Assembly: GCA_004431415.1 (NCBI GenBank)
Contig: QPMI01000603.1
Coordinates: 1-64,000 of the forward strand
Direction of reading: 5' to 3'
Origin: Cyanophora paradoxa CCMP329
Lineage: Eukaryota; Plantae; Glaucophyta
DNA length: 64,000 nucleotides
Below the pieces are notes generated by a model. The model did not search any database. It saw nothing but the letters and a program-made list of their open reading frames with translations, and was not told where the DNA came from. Below, piece by piece: positions 34,944 through 47,100 of the stretch. Each line of letters starts with the position of its first letter. The stretch's first letter is position 1. A program made the position numbers and the translations under genes.

Positions 34944-35198
34944 ATGCCGGTCAGCGAATCACAAAAGCGTGCTATTGATCGTTTCCGCAAGTCCGAGAAA
35001 GGACAGGAGTATTTGAAAAAGTATAATGTAAGATTGGCTAAGCAAATGAAAGACCTTTACAATTCCGATGAGACTTATAGGGCTATGAGAATTATAGATA
35101 GTTCCCAGAGACATTATGTAGCTAATGCTATTTGCTTTGTAAAGTATCTGTATGGAGTTCCGCGAACCAATCGTGGGCGTCCATCAATTCATTGTTAA
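34944..35198 (+). CDS. Small basic protein with C-terminal RGRP
   Basis: MPVSESQKRAIDRF..YNSDETYR..NRGRPS; two CAAAAAATGACG motifs upstream. Confidence 0.6.
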   Translation: MPVSESQKRAIDRFRKSEKGQEYLKKYNVRLAKQMKDLYNSDETYRAMRIIDSSQRHYVANAICFVKYLYGVPRTNRGRPSIHC

Positions 35199-35398
35199 TC
35201 GTTTTTCTCGGCGCGCTTGCTCTGAGAAGACAAATAAGCGCAAACGCGCTATACCCTTTGAGTTATTTTTAGAACCATTTGTACGATGGTTCACCCTTTT
35301 GTTATTTTTATAAAATGCCCGTCGCCAAAAAATGACGTCATGCTGAAAAAATGATTTAAAGAAATATTTTGTAGGATATATAATAAGAACGCCCAAGG

Positions 35399-38300
35399 AT
35401 GCCTCGCGCTGTTAGCTATCGGAACGCAAAGACAAGAAAGACGATCGATGAGAGAAGTAACTATGGTTATGCGAATGGGTTTCTGAGTGAAGAACAGTAT
35501 GATGCTTTCCGCTACTTTGCCTTTCAGAAAAGACCTCGTGGTAGTGGATTGGAGGATATCTTGTATTCGATTAATGATATCATCGCTCGCGGTGAAGCCC
35601 GACAGAATACCGAAGATGAAATTAACCGTTTCGGGAATATTGAGGCAATCGAAGAGGGGAGTAAGAAGACGAAAGCGGAGCGGATCGCTGAGAAGCGAAA
35701 CAAGAGAGCGGAGAGGAAACAGAGGAAGAAGGAGAAGCGAGCAGCAAGAACCACTAAGAATGTTGTGAAGCAGAAGGAAAAGGAACGATTGGCGAAGGAT
35801 CGTAAATATCGCAATGAGACCGAAATTATGCAAGCCATGAATAATCTTGTGGTTGAGATTACATGGAAAAATCAGAGAACTAATAAGATCGCATCGGCTC
35901 ATGAATTCGTCGACAGAATAATAGGATGGGATCGGTTCTATGAGCATCACCGAAATGCTGTAAGAGAAAGACGGGGTATTAAATTCCATCTGACCGTGAC
36001 CGCAATTTATAAGAAACCGCTTCTACTCAATGGAAGACCTACGGGTATGTTTGGATATGATACGTTCACAGGAATCCCCACGCGATACTTCCTTATCCTT
36101 AATGAGCGTGAAGTAGTTAATACTGTTGATACATCAATAGACGAACTACAAGAAATTCTCGAATCACACCCCAGTGGTAAGTTGGACAATATCATAAAGT
36201 TCCAGCTACAAATTCTAACTTATCAGCCAATCGCCGGTAGCTCTTACATTCCGCTTCCGAAGGAGATCGAAGCGAAAAAAGCGGTGATCAATCCACAGAA
36301 CGACGACCAGAAGTGTTTTGCATGGGCAGTTACTATTGGACTACATCACCATGAATTATCGCATAAACACCGCTACGATGTGAAGCGATACAGGAAGTAT
36401 GAGAAAGAGTTTAATTGGGATAGTTTCCAGTTTCCGTTGAAGAATAACCCGCGCGAATACGAAAGGGCTTCTAAGATGATCGGGCGACCAATTAATGTAT
36501 ACTCTCTCGAAACCGATAAGGAAACGAAAACATTACGGGTTGTTCCAATTCATGTGTGTATGGATCCAAACAGACAACATGAGACTATTGACATTCTTGT
36601 TTGGGGTGATGAGAAAACAGACACGATGCATTACGGTTACATTTCCAGTCTGTCGCGTCTCATTCCCAGTTCACACCACGGGACTACTCACTATTGTAAG
36701 GCATGTTTAAGAGGATTTACCAGTGAGAGAATCTTAGAAAATCACATTAAATACAACAAGTGCTATGATCGCCCAAATGCGACAGTTGATACCATGCCTG
36801 ATCCTGATTCGGTTATAAGTTGGCGTCCACAGGAACACATAGATAAGACGGTTAGACATCCAATGTTCATTGTTGGTGATTTCGAATGTATCTTACAAAA
36901 GGTGCAAGAGAAACGAGGCGATAACACAGATGTTTACCAGAAACACATACCAAGCGGATACAAGATTATGGTAATTCACAAGGGGGAGATCATTAAGCAG
37001 GTCTTGTATCGGAAGCAAAACCCAGAAAATGATGATGAGGTTACGGAGCATTTCATGCAAACATTGCGTTTCATGGAGTCTGACCTTCTCGACAGGTTGC
37101 GAACTGTTGAGCCAATGGTAATGACCTCGGAAGATAAGGACGATTTCAGCGGCTCTTTCTCGTGCTACATCTGTAATGAGAATTTCACAGCAGCCAATAA
37201 AAAGGTTCGCGATCATGACCACACAACCGGTGAATATCTCGGGGCGGCTTGCAATCTTTGCAATCTAAGACGTCGTATTAAGCCAAAGATTCCGGTAATT
37301 TTCCACAATCTGAAAGGTTACGATGGTCATTACATTCTGAAAGCTATGAGAGATCCGACAAATACCAGTGGTGAAATTCGTTGCATTGCGCAGAATTTCG
37401 AAAAGTTTGTAACCTTTGATGTTGGATCTTACAAGTTCTTGGATTCTCTGAATTTCATGGCTTCCAGTCTCGACAGTCTCGTTAAGAATCTTGGTAAGGA
37501 TAATTTCAAGTTCACGAATGAGTGGTGTGATTCCATGAAATACACCAAACAACAGCGTGAATTACTGATGAAAAAAGGACATTTCCCTTACGATTACCTC
37601 GACAGTTTCGAGAAACTCAATGAGACGCAATTACCACCAAAAGATGCGTTTTATTCGAAACTTAACGACACAGCAATAAGCGACAATGATTATGAGCATT
37701 GTGTGAAGGTTTGGGATGCTTTCAAGTGTAAGACACTCGGAGACTATCACGATATCTACCTTGCTACCGATGTATCCCTACTTGCGGACGTATTCGATAC
37801 ATTCCGCAATGTTTGCTATGAGCAATATGAAATTGACCCGATCCATTTCATCTCGGCTCCTCACCTGTCGTGGTTTGCAATGTTGAAGTATACCGGAGTT
37901 GAGATAGAACAACTCTATGACCCGGATATGTATAGGTTCTTTGAGATGGGAATTCGTGGTGGGACATCTATGATTTCCACACGATATGGAGAAGCGAATA
38001 ACCCATACATTGCGTCTTACGATCCATCGAAGCCGACGAAGTATATCATACCTTGGGATGCAAATAATCTTTATGGAAAGGCGATGAGTTTCAAGCTTCC
38101 CTACCGCTACTTTGAGTGGATTGGCGACATAGATAATTTCGATTACATGGGGTTCGATTCAGAAGGAGAACAAGGCGCGACATTGGAAGTGGACTTAGAA
38201 TATCCCGCTCATCTACACGATCTACATAACGATCTTCCGTTAGCTCCTGAGTCGCTTGTAGTTACACGTGAAATGCTTTCAGCCACACAGTTGGAGATGA

Positions 38301-39367
38301 TCGGTGAGGAGAAGTTACCAGAAATTCGCAAGTTGGTGCCGAATCTGATGGACAAAAAGAACTATATCCTCCACATCAAGAACTTGCAGTATTACGTGAA
38401 GAAGGGCATGAAAGTAACGAAAGTGCATCGTGGTGTTATTTACGATCAGTCCGAATGGTTGAAACCTTACATAGACCTTAACACAAAACTGAGGACACAA
38501 GCGCGAAACGATTTCGAAAAAGATTTCTACAAACTCATGAATAACTCAGTTTTCGGCAAGACCATGGAGAATGTGAGGAAGCGCAGTAACATTAAGTTGT
38601 GCTGTGATCCAAAGAAGCAACTGAAACACAACGGTAACCCATTGTTGAAGACAATGAAGATCATTAATGAGAATCTCACAGCCATTGAGTTTTACAAGGG
38701 TTCCATTACGTTGGATAAGCCGATTTTCGTTGGTCAAGCCATCTTGGATATTTCGAAACTGATTATGTATGAGTTCCACTACGATTACATCATGGAGAAG
38801 TATGGTAAGGATCGTGCGAGACTTCTGATGACTGACACCGATTCGCTATATTACGTGATAGAAACCGAAGATATCTATAAGGATATGAATAAAGACGCGT
38901 ATTGGTTTGATCAGTCAGATTACAGCAAATCACACATGTGTTACAACCCGACAAATAAGAAGGTTCCGGGGTTGTTCAAGGATGACAGCAGCGATTACAT
39001 TGTTACACGGTTTGCGGGATACAAGCCTAAGGCATATTCGTATGAGAAGGAGTTGAATGTTAAGGCTCTTTGTCTCGAAAAAGACTCGGAGAAGAAAACT
39101 GTTAAAAAGTTGAAGGGAGTTCAGAGGTCAGTAGTGCAGAATAGGTTAGAGTTCCAGCAATTCTACAACACTGTCATGGATCCTATGCAGGAGCAAGAGC
39201 AAGTAACAGTTAGAGGTTTCCGATCAAAGAACCACGAAGTAACAACGCAGGAAATGAAGAAACGGGCATTTAATGCGCTCGATACTAAGAGGTATCTTTG
39301 TGAGGATCTCTACCATACTCTTGCGATTGGGCATTATCGTGCGGTTAGCGCAAACAAAACCAAGTAG
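35399..39367 (+). CDS. polB: Protein-primed family B DNA polymerase of inner PLV, intact
   Basis: 1322 aa; ExoI GDFEC, ExoII HNLKGYD, ExoIII YLATD, GIRGG, DANNLYG, KLMNNSVFGK, TDTDS, KAY; EndoVII-like RDHDHTTG. Confidence 0.96.
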   Translation: MPRAVSYRNAKTRKTIDERSNYGYANGFLSEEQYDAFRYFAFQKRPRGSGLEDILYSINDIIARGEARQNTEDEINRFGNIEAIEEGSKKTKAERIAEKRNKRAERKQRKKEKRAARTTKNVVKQKEKERLAKDRKYRNETEIMQAMNNLVVEITWKNQRTNKIASAHEFVDRIIGWDRFYEHHRNAVRERRGIKFHLTVTAIYKKPLLLNGRPTGMFGYDTFTGIPTRYFLILNEREVVNTVDTSIDELQEILESHPSGKLDNIIKFQLQILTYQPIAGSSYIPLPKEIEAKKAVINPQNDDQKCFAWAVTIGLHHHELSHKHRYDVKRYRKYEKEFNWDSFQFPLKNNPREYERASKMIGRPINVYSLETDKETKTLRVVPIHVCMDPNRQHETIDILVWGDEKTDTMHYGYISSLSRLIPSSHHGTTHYCKACLRGFTSERILENHIKYNKCYDRPNATVDTMPDPDSVISWRPQEHIDKTVRHPMFIVGDFECILQKVQEKRGDNTDVYQKHIPSGYKIMVIHKGEIIKQVLYRKQNPENDDEVTEHFMQTLRFMESDLLDRLRTVEPMVMTSEDKDDFSGSFSCYICNENFTAANKKVRDHDHTTGEYLGAACNLCNLRRRIKPKIPVIFHNLKGYDGHYILKAMRDPTNTSGEIRCIAQNFEKFVTFDVGSYKFLDSLNFMASSLDSLVKNLGKDNFKFTNEWCDSMKYTKQQRELLMKKGHFPYDYLDSFEKLNETQLPPKDAFYSKLNDTAISDNDYEHCVKVWDAFKCKTLGDYHDIYLATDVSLLADVFDTFRNVCYEQYEIDPIHFISAPHLSWFAMLKYTGVEIEQLYDPDMYRFFEMGIRGGTSMISTRYGEANNPYIASYDPSKPTKYIIPWDANNLYGKAMSFKLPYRYFEWIGDIDNFDYMGFDSEGEQGATLEVDLEYPAHLHDLHNDLPLAPESLVVTREMLSATQLEMIGEEKLPEIRKLVPNLMDKKNYILHIKNLQYYVKKGMKVTKVHRGVIYDQSEWLKPYIDLNTKLRTQARNDFEKDFYKLMNNSVFGKTMENVRKRSNIKLCCDPKKQLKHNGNPLLKTMKIINENLTAIEFYKGSITLDKPIFVGQAILDISKLIMYEFHYDYIMEKYGKDRARLLMTDTDSLYYVIETEDIYKDMNKDAYWFDQSDYSKSHMCYNPTNKKVPGLFKDDSSDYIVTRFAGYKPKAYSYEKELNVKALCLEKDSEKKTVKKLKGVQRSVVQNRLEFQQFYNTVMDPMQEQEQVTVRGFRSKNHEVTTQEMKKRAFNALDTKRYLCEDLYHTLAIGHYRAVSANKTK

Positions 39368-39375
39368 ATATATAA

Positions 39376-40435
39376 ATGGATCAGGTGCTTAGTTATAGCA
39401 AATATCGACAGAAACTAATTAATGATGGTGTTAAATTTGATGAGGAAGAACTACGAAAACGTTTTAAAAATCGTGAAATAGACCAGATCTTTAAGAAACC
39501 CAAAAGCAGAAGACATTTCTTAGAATCGTTGCCCTCCTAATTCGTTCCAGGTTGACGTGATATTTTTCAAGAACTACAAAACAGGAAATAATGGAATCGA
39601 CAGGATGATGGGATTTATTGACATATTAAGTCGTAAAGCGTTCGTGTATCCATTCAAAATGGGAGACTCAAAAGTAGAGATTCTTAACAGGTTCAAAGTT
39701 GAAGCAGGTAAGGTGAATGCGATCGCAGGAGATAATGAGTTTTCAGCTGAAATGTATCGTAAATGGTGTGAGGAGAACAATGTAACACTTTATACAGACG
39801 TTGCAAAGAATGACCACATAACAGTAGGCGACAAATTGGGGATTATCGATAGGTTCACAAGGACATTCAAGCAATATTTAAGAAAGGCGATTACATCAAG
39901 TGGAAACCCAAAGTGGACAGAATACTATAAAGACGTTTTAACAACTTACAATAATTCACCGCATGTTTCTTTAAAGAATGATTCACCCAATGCAGTTTAT
40001 GGTAATAACGAAAAGGAGTCGTTCATATATTTCAGGGACGCTGTTCATAATAAGAGAATTAAAGATGGGATGCCCACTTTTAAAGAGGGTGATTATGTTC
40101 GTGCTGTGACAGAAAAGAAGGTATTCGATAAAGAAGGTGCAAGATACACGAAGCAGGTTTACAAGGTAGCAGGTAAAGTAGGTAATCGATTTAGTTTATT
40201 GGAAGAGAACGAAGGAGAGACACCCAAAGAAGTGCGTAGAAACTTTAAGATGAATGAGTTACAAAAGGTGGATAAGGACGCAATTGTTAAGATTCCCACA
40301 CAAAAACGTGTAGAGAGAGTTAGAAAAACAACGAAAGTAAATAGATTAGTAGCAAAAGAAGGGATTAAACCAAATAGAAAGGTTGTAGTTCGAAAGAAGT
40401 ATAATTTAAGGAGCGGTGCCGCTACTCGTCGATAA
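39376..40435 (+). CDS. rve integrase of inner PLV (frameshift near 39520-39540; main ORF 39557-40435)
   Basis: FQVDVIF, IAGDNEF, GIIDRFTRT (third acidic residue is D), YNNSPH; upstream ATG at 39376. Confidence 0.85.
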
Positions 40436-40760
40436 ATTTAATTGGTTTGTATTTTTCGAAAACCTCGCTATGGTGGATACCACGCATAAACCACGTTCCA
40501 TTTTCATTATCCCATCGTGCGCCGTATTGTTTTGCTTCTTCTTTTTCGCTGTAAGGAACCGTAATATATACAATTTGATCGATTCCTTTTACTTCTTCTT
40601 TTGAAAGTTGTTTAAATTTTGTGAGTAATTCACTGTCTTTTTTGGTTGTATACCAAAGGTGAGTATCCGGATCCCATCGACCACCCATTTGTTTAACTTC
40701 TTTACGATCCTCGTAACGTGAGACAATATAATAACGGGTTGTCTTTGGTTTTGATTCCAT
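40422..40760 (-). CDS. Tandem DUF5710-like domain protein
   Basis: YEDRKEVKQMGGRWD..W and VPYSEKEEAKQYGARWD..W. Confidence 0.75.
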   Translation of the reverse strand: MESKPKTTRYYIVSRYEDRKEVKQMGGRWDPDTHLWYTTKKDSELLTKFKQLSKEEVKGIDQIVYITVPYSEKEEAKQYGARWDNENGTWFMRGIHHSEVFEKYKPIKFIDE

Positions 40761-40780
40761 GTTTTTTTACAAAAAGTTAA

Positions 40781-41116
40781 GATAAATCTTTATATGTTTA
40801 AAACGAATTCGATGTGGTGAATACAGGTAATTGAAATTTTGGTTTATGGTAATTAGTTTTTGTGGGATATTTTTCGATTAAAGTACGACAATCGAGAGAT
40901 ATCGTGTGTAATCGTGTGGATATCGTGGTTTATCGTTTGGATATCGTGTGGTATTGCTGTTTATCGTGTGGATATCGTGCGGATATCGTGGTGTATCGTG
41001 TGGATATCGTGTGAAATTAATCGATAGATAGGCTTATGGTAAGGATTTTTGAGATTTTGTGAAATATGAGACGATAAATGGTGTCGTGGGGCAGAACGCC
41101 CAAAACACCATTTTTT
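40781..41116 (-). repeat. Right TIR of inner PLV
   Basis: Reverse complement of 29110-29445. Confidence 0.95.
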
Positions 41117-41144
41117 AAAGACTTAAAACGACCTTGAGAGGCAT
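41117..41144 (-). pseudogene. Orphaned 5' end of the patatin gene (MPLKVVLSL)
   Basis: ATG CCT CTC AAG GTC GTT TTA AGT CTT T joins across the TSD to CT GGC GGG GGT GCA AGG GGC, giving MPLKVVLSLSGGGARG. Confidence 0.9.
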
Positions 41145-41187
41145 CTTTTACTTATCAGGAATTTTATAAATCCATATAGTAAAAGCC

Positions 41188-44100
41188 ATGAGCTTCAATT
41201 ACCCACCAAATCTAGAAACCATTCAAGATGATAATGCAAGCAGCACCAAGCATGTGAACTTTGATAATATTAAAGTAAAGGGTTCAGTTTCAATTGACCA
41301 CAGCTCTGATAATTCATCAAAGACTCAATCAAGGGAGCATGCTTTATCTGTGAATCAAACCGATCCAGATAAAGAGGATGTCAGTGTAGCCTTTAGTTTG
41401 GGTAATGTGAAAGCAAACCAAGTGGCAGAGATCAAAGCAACAAGAAGGAGACCTAGGAAACTAAAAACCAGTGGCACTCACCCAGATATACCTTCCAGGT
41501 TCGATAGTGGTCGATTGATTTTCAATGTTCAAGATGAGCAGGGCAAACAGAACACAGCTTTGCGAATTTACAATGAGGGCAGCACTGCAAAAGCTGAGGT
41601 CCCCAAGTATTGCAAGTGGGTCCCATTGCCAACACAAATCAGGTCTCCTACACAAATGATGTATACCCAAGGATATTACATATGACTTTGCGAGGAATGA
41701 GCCTTTTGGGTTTTTTACTCCAAAAGATGTCCATCAAAAAAAGCCATCAATTACAATCAACAGTAGCCCCAGTCAACCAGTAGCAATCCATTTACATCCT
41801 GATTTAGTCGAAATGGATAGGCACCTTTTGCCTTTGTATAGCAATGTGAAAGACCTTGGAATTAGAACCAGGCAATGGCGAAATATCCATGGCAGCAATG
41901 TGTATGCAAATGGGGAGAAACTTGTGAGTGAGAAAACTCTAAGGGAAATAATTGAGCATTATGGTCCCAATGGACCAACAGTTCCATTCCCTATTCCATT
42001 TCCAAATGGACCTCCCGATTTAACACCAAAGAAACAGCCTGGAAGAGAATACACAGCAACTGAAGATGTAGCCTTTGGGCAGCATATTGTTAGTTGGGAG
42101 CAAGTTCGCAATAAACCTATAATTGAACCCAGAAAGCAAATAGATGAGCAGTATTTACCTCCTGAAGTCGATATATTAGAGCTTGATGAATATCAATTCG
42201 TTCCAGATGAGGAAGAGTATTTACCAGATGGTTTCGACCCACAAGAATATGAGTATGATCAGTTTGACCCCAATGAGGAGGAGATACTCCAGATGGTTTT
42301 GACCCACAAGAATATGAGTATGAACAGAACTATGAACCTGATGAGGAGTATTTACCAGATGGTCATGATCCACCAGCTGTTGACTATGAGCAACCTTATG
42401 AACCCATGAGGAATTGTTACCAGATGGATTTCGACCTGAGATCTGGGAGTTCTTCCCTGATTATGAACAAATTAATAATAAACCTGCAAAGTATCCCCCA
42501 GAGGATCACAATCATGATTGGGATGAGATCTTAGGCAAACCTCAAAAGTATCCACCAGAGGATCACAGGCATGACTGGGGTGATATCGATGGGATTCCAA
42601 CTGAGTTCCCACCAAGCAAACATGAACATACTTGGGATGAGATTAATGACCAACCAGAATTCGCAAAGGTAGAGCCTCTTGATAACTTGGGGGTTTCTCT
42701 TTATCAGACTTGTAATGTCCCAGAAAGAATCTTTTTGAATGAACACTATGTACATGTGAATGGGACACTTGCGAATTCAGCTATGAGAGGACCACTTCAT
42801 ATTAGGACATTACCAGGCTCTTATAATCCACCACCTGAACCAGGAGCAACCATACCAAATATCTTTGTGTCAAGCTACATGGAGGCTGACATTCCCACAG
42901 ATACATTCAGAGTCCCAACAGACCCAGCAACCTACCAAAATTACAACTCTGCTATACAGGTTCATGTAGCAGATGTAAGCAGTTTAGATGGCTCAAGACC
43001 AATGATAGTATTCAGCAGAGATAAATATTCCTACATTCCCATAGTGGGAACTGCAAATGATAATTATGGGAGAGCAGAGCTTGCATGGATTAAAACCAAC
43101 TATGGTGGGTTCTGGAATCCAATCAGAGGATGGCTGCAAAAAACATACACAATGAAAATATTTCGAGAGTGGTCACAGAGGATTATTTAGAAGAGCAAGG
43201 ATATATTGATGAAGGTGAACTCACAAATATTCTTTCTCTTTTTGTGATCAAAAATGACACAAACCTTACAGTCACAAGTAACATTTACACCAGTAACCTT
43301 TATACAAGTAATATTTTCACAAGTAACCTATGGGCAAGTAATATTTACGGAAGTAATCTAGAAGTTGACTATTTGACTGTGAATATTGAAGCGAATCTAC
43401 CAAATCATCCTACATCCAATGTAGTTTTAGGTTGGATCGATAACCACACCCACACAAAAGATGAAATAACAGATTTTGCACATGAGCATTTATGGGAGCA
43501 TATAACAAATCCACCATTAACCTTCCCACCCAGTCCCCATGAGCATTTATGGGAACATATCACGAATCCACCATTAACCTTTCCACCTGATCCACACAGT
43601 CATGATTATTCCCAGATCACCAACTGCAATCACAGACACCCTTGGAGTGAAATCGATCAACAACCAGTGTTTGCACAGTTGAATGCAATCGGAAATGTTT
43701 TTAATGGAGTCACACTTTACCAATCGAGTAATACACCTGAAAGATTGTATTTGAATAATCATTATGTTAGTCTCAATGGGACTTTTACAGGTCAAACAGG
43801 CACTCCAATGGAGGGAACTCTTGCAGTAAGATTACCCAGGGATCCAATCGTAAATGGAGTTTATGATGGTGATTTTAATGTAGGAGTAAATGATACTTTC
43901 CCAGTATCTATGTTACGAATTATCACCCAGGTGAAACAGGACAAGTAGCCGATTTTTCAGCAGCTATTCAAATAAACGTTACAGATCAAAGCGCATATGA
44001 TGGAGCAAGACCTAAAATTGTGTTCACAAGGAGAAAGTTGTAAACTACCTTCCTGTTGTGGGACAACCCACAGATGATCATGGGAAATGTGAGATTGCAT

Positions 44101-47100
44101 GGATTAAAACGACATCAGGTGGAGCCTTAGAAGTCAATCAGAGGATGGCAGCAAAGAACTTACACAATACAACCCTTTCAGGAGTAGTGACAGATGATTA
44201 CCTTACCAATAAAGGATATCTTACCTCTGCAGATTTAAGCAGTTATGCAACAGATGCAGAGTTAACAACAGCTCTTGCAAACTATTTGCCTCTTACAGGT
44301 GGAACCGTCACCGGAACTGTGAATGCTACCACTTTACAAATTGGCGGAACCACAATTCCGAAAGGTTTTGAATTCGATCAGTTAGATAGTGTTTCGACAG
44401 ATAGGAGCGCGAATAATTGGACTGTAAATTGGACAGGGCATAGAACGGGACTAACCGGATGTTATACGACACCTGAGAATGATGCAGATGTTACGGGTTG
44501 TTGGATGCGTTGGACAATCCCAGAGGGTATGAAATCGTTTTACATTCAACTCTTACTATGGGATAATTGTAGATATTTCGATATATACGGACAAACCGTT
44601 AATAACCATCAACATTTCCTTAGACGTGTTCATAACTATCAAGCACTCCAAAATACAGCAGTTCAAGATGGAACGTATCCCGCTATTGTGTTTACTTCTA
44701 TAAATTGTGAGTTTTACAGTAAAGTTTATGTTCAAGGGCGAAAAGGTCGCATTTATCTAACGGGTGTTTTCGGTTGGAGTCGCCAAAGAGCAATTGATAA
44801 TGATGTTGGATTATTGCATTACGATAATATCGCTTTTAATCCTGTCGGCAAATATTCCGATTTTGATGTAGTGACAGCTTGGAATGATGCAAGCATTGCT
44901 ATGGTCGGAAGTTGGCAAACCAATTGGAAACCTACAACGGATAACCCCGTAGCAGGATTTTATAGCACTATACAAAATGATGAGACCAGTAGTGACTACG
45001 TGCAAGTTCAAGTTCCGACAGGAATGAAGACTTGTCACATTCAATACTTATGTTGGACGAATGCGAGATATTTTGATATTCAGGGATACCGCAACAGTCG
45101 ATGGAATCATATTATGAGAGTGAATACTTACCAAAATGTATCAAACACAGCCGATACATTATGGCACGACAGTTTATTATGGACTTCTGTATTTTGCGGG
45201 AATTTTACACATATTAGAGTTGTGGCAAGAAAAGGGCGTATTCATATAGGATATTTTGCATGGACAAAAGAGGTTGGAAGAACAGCACCAGCTAATGGTA
45301 TGATAAGTTGGGATAATATTTACAGTCGTCCAGCGTTAATTACAGCCGCAGACCTTCCACAAACAGCGACATGGGCTGTCTCCACTTGGTTAAAATCAAC
45401 AGATAATGTCCCACGATTTTGGTTTGGAAATGGTGGAACTACATATATTCGAGGTTATGAGCATAGCGATGGTGTATCGGTCGAATTCAGAAACTCAGCA
45501 GATGCATGGTTATTAAAATCGTATTCAAACGGCAACCTTACAGTTAACAATACTTTGACAGTTCCGACCATAAGTGCAACAACCATAGATGTTGCAACAT
45601 TAAAAAGAAATGGTTATGAAACTCCAAAATTCTACGCTTTTGATGACACAGTAGCAGGTGGTGCTTATCATTCAACAAATGGTAATTGGACAATTGGTAA
45701 TGGGTGGCAATGGGATCCAGGATATAATTACGGAAGTTATGCCCTCAACAATGAATACGATGATCAAGTAACAACTACATCTTGGATTCAATACACAATT
45801 CCCACAGCATTGGTTAATGGGACAGCATTTCTCACTCATTTACCATGGAATACGTCCCGTTACTTTGAGATTTGGGGAGTCCGTAGTAATGGAAACATAG
45901 TATTTATTACAAGAGTAAACAATTATCAACCACATAACAGCTATCCAGATAATTACCACGACGGAGTTAATAATGTCCCAATCTTCCTTGCCGGTCGATT
46001 TACTCACCTCCGTATTTATCCGAGAGTCGGAAGAGTTCATATTATGGGAATAGGTTTTACGCATGATCGAGCTAATAGTAGTTCATATGGTGGTCACACC
46101 GGTTTTATTCATTGGAATAATGTTTATAGTAAACCTACTATTCCTACATCCTATCTGTCGTTAACAGATGTCACTAATTCAATCGGAAATATTACCAGTT
46201 TTGATACTTGGAGTGGGACAGGCTCCCCCGGTCTATCATTTAGTGGATCTTGGGGAACAGGTTGGACGGCTTCTTATTCTAATCCTGTGGACGGATTTTA
46301 TAGCTCTATCGAAAATGAAACCACAAGTGGTGATTGGGCGCAAATTGAAGTTCCAGCAAACATGAAAACATGTCATGTTCAATATTTGTGTTGGACAAAT
46401 ACAAGATATTTCGATATTGGAGGTTATCGATCGGGTCGATGGTTCCACATTATGCGTATAAACTGTTACCAGACGGTCTCTAATTATGGAACCACTGATT
46501 ATCATGATGGGTTGGCGTGGGCTTCCTTTGCTTGTGATTATTTCACACATGTTCGATTCGTTGCAAGAAAAGGACGGTGCTATATCGGTATGGTAGGGTG
46601 GACGAAAGAAAAAGGAAGAACCTCACCCGCAAATGGTATGATTAGTTGGGATAATATTTTTAGTAAGCCGCTGTCGGCAACTTGGTTTTCGGGAAATTGG
46701 ATTCCATCCGGCGATAATTATGATAGAATGTATTTCGCAACAGGTTCTACTACATACCTCAGAGGATATGGTGATATACCAATTCAGTTTAGAAATGAAA
46801 GCGACGCCACGATAGCTTATTTCTATCACAGTGGTTGGGCGCAAATTACCGGTTATCTGTCAGAAGGAAGCGATAGAAGATACAAAACAGATATTAAGAA
46901 GATAACAGGCGCGCTTCCAGCATTAGAAAGATTAGAAGGAGTTTCATTTAAAAGAATTGCTGACAACAAAAAGAAGGAATGTTTAGGATTAATAGCACAA
47001 GATGTTCAGAAAGTGATACCTGAGGTGGTTTCAGAAGGAGTAGATGGGTTTTTAGGAATTCAATACACAGGGTTAGTCCCTGTTCTCATTGAAGCCGTTA

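Larger units (their letters stand above)
29110..41116. mobile_element. Nested 12,007-bp Polinton-like virus (inner element)
   Basis: 336-bp TIRs with no mismatch seen; 6-bp TSD AAAGAC at 29104-29109 and 41117-41122; own ATPase, MCP, mCP, PolB and integrase; removing it restores the patatin reading frame. Confidence 0.95.
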
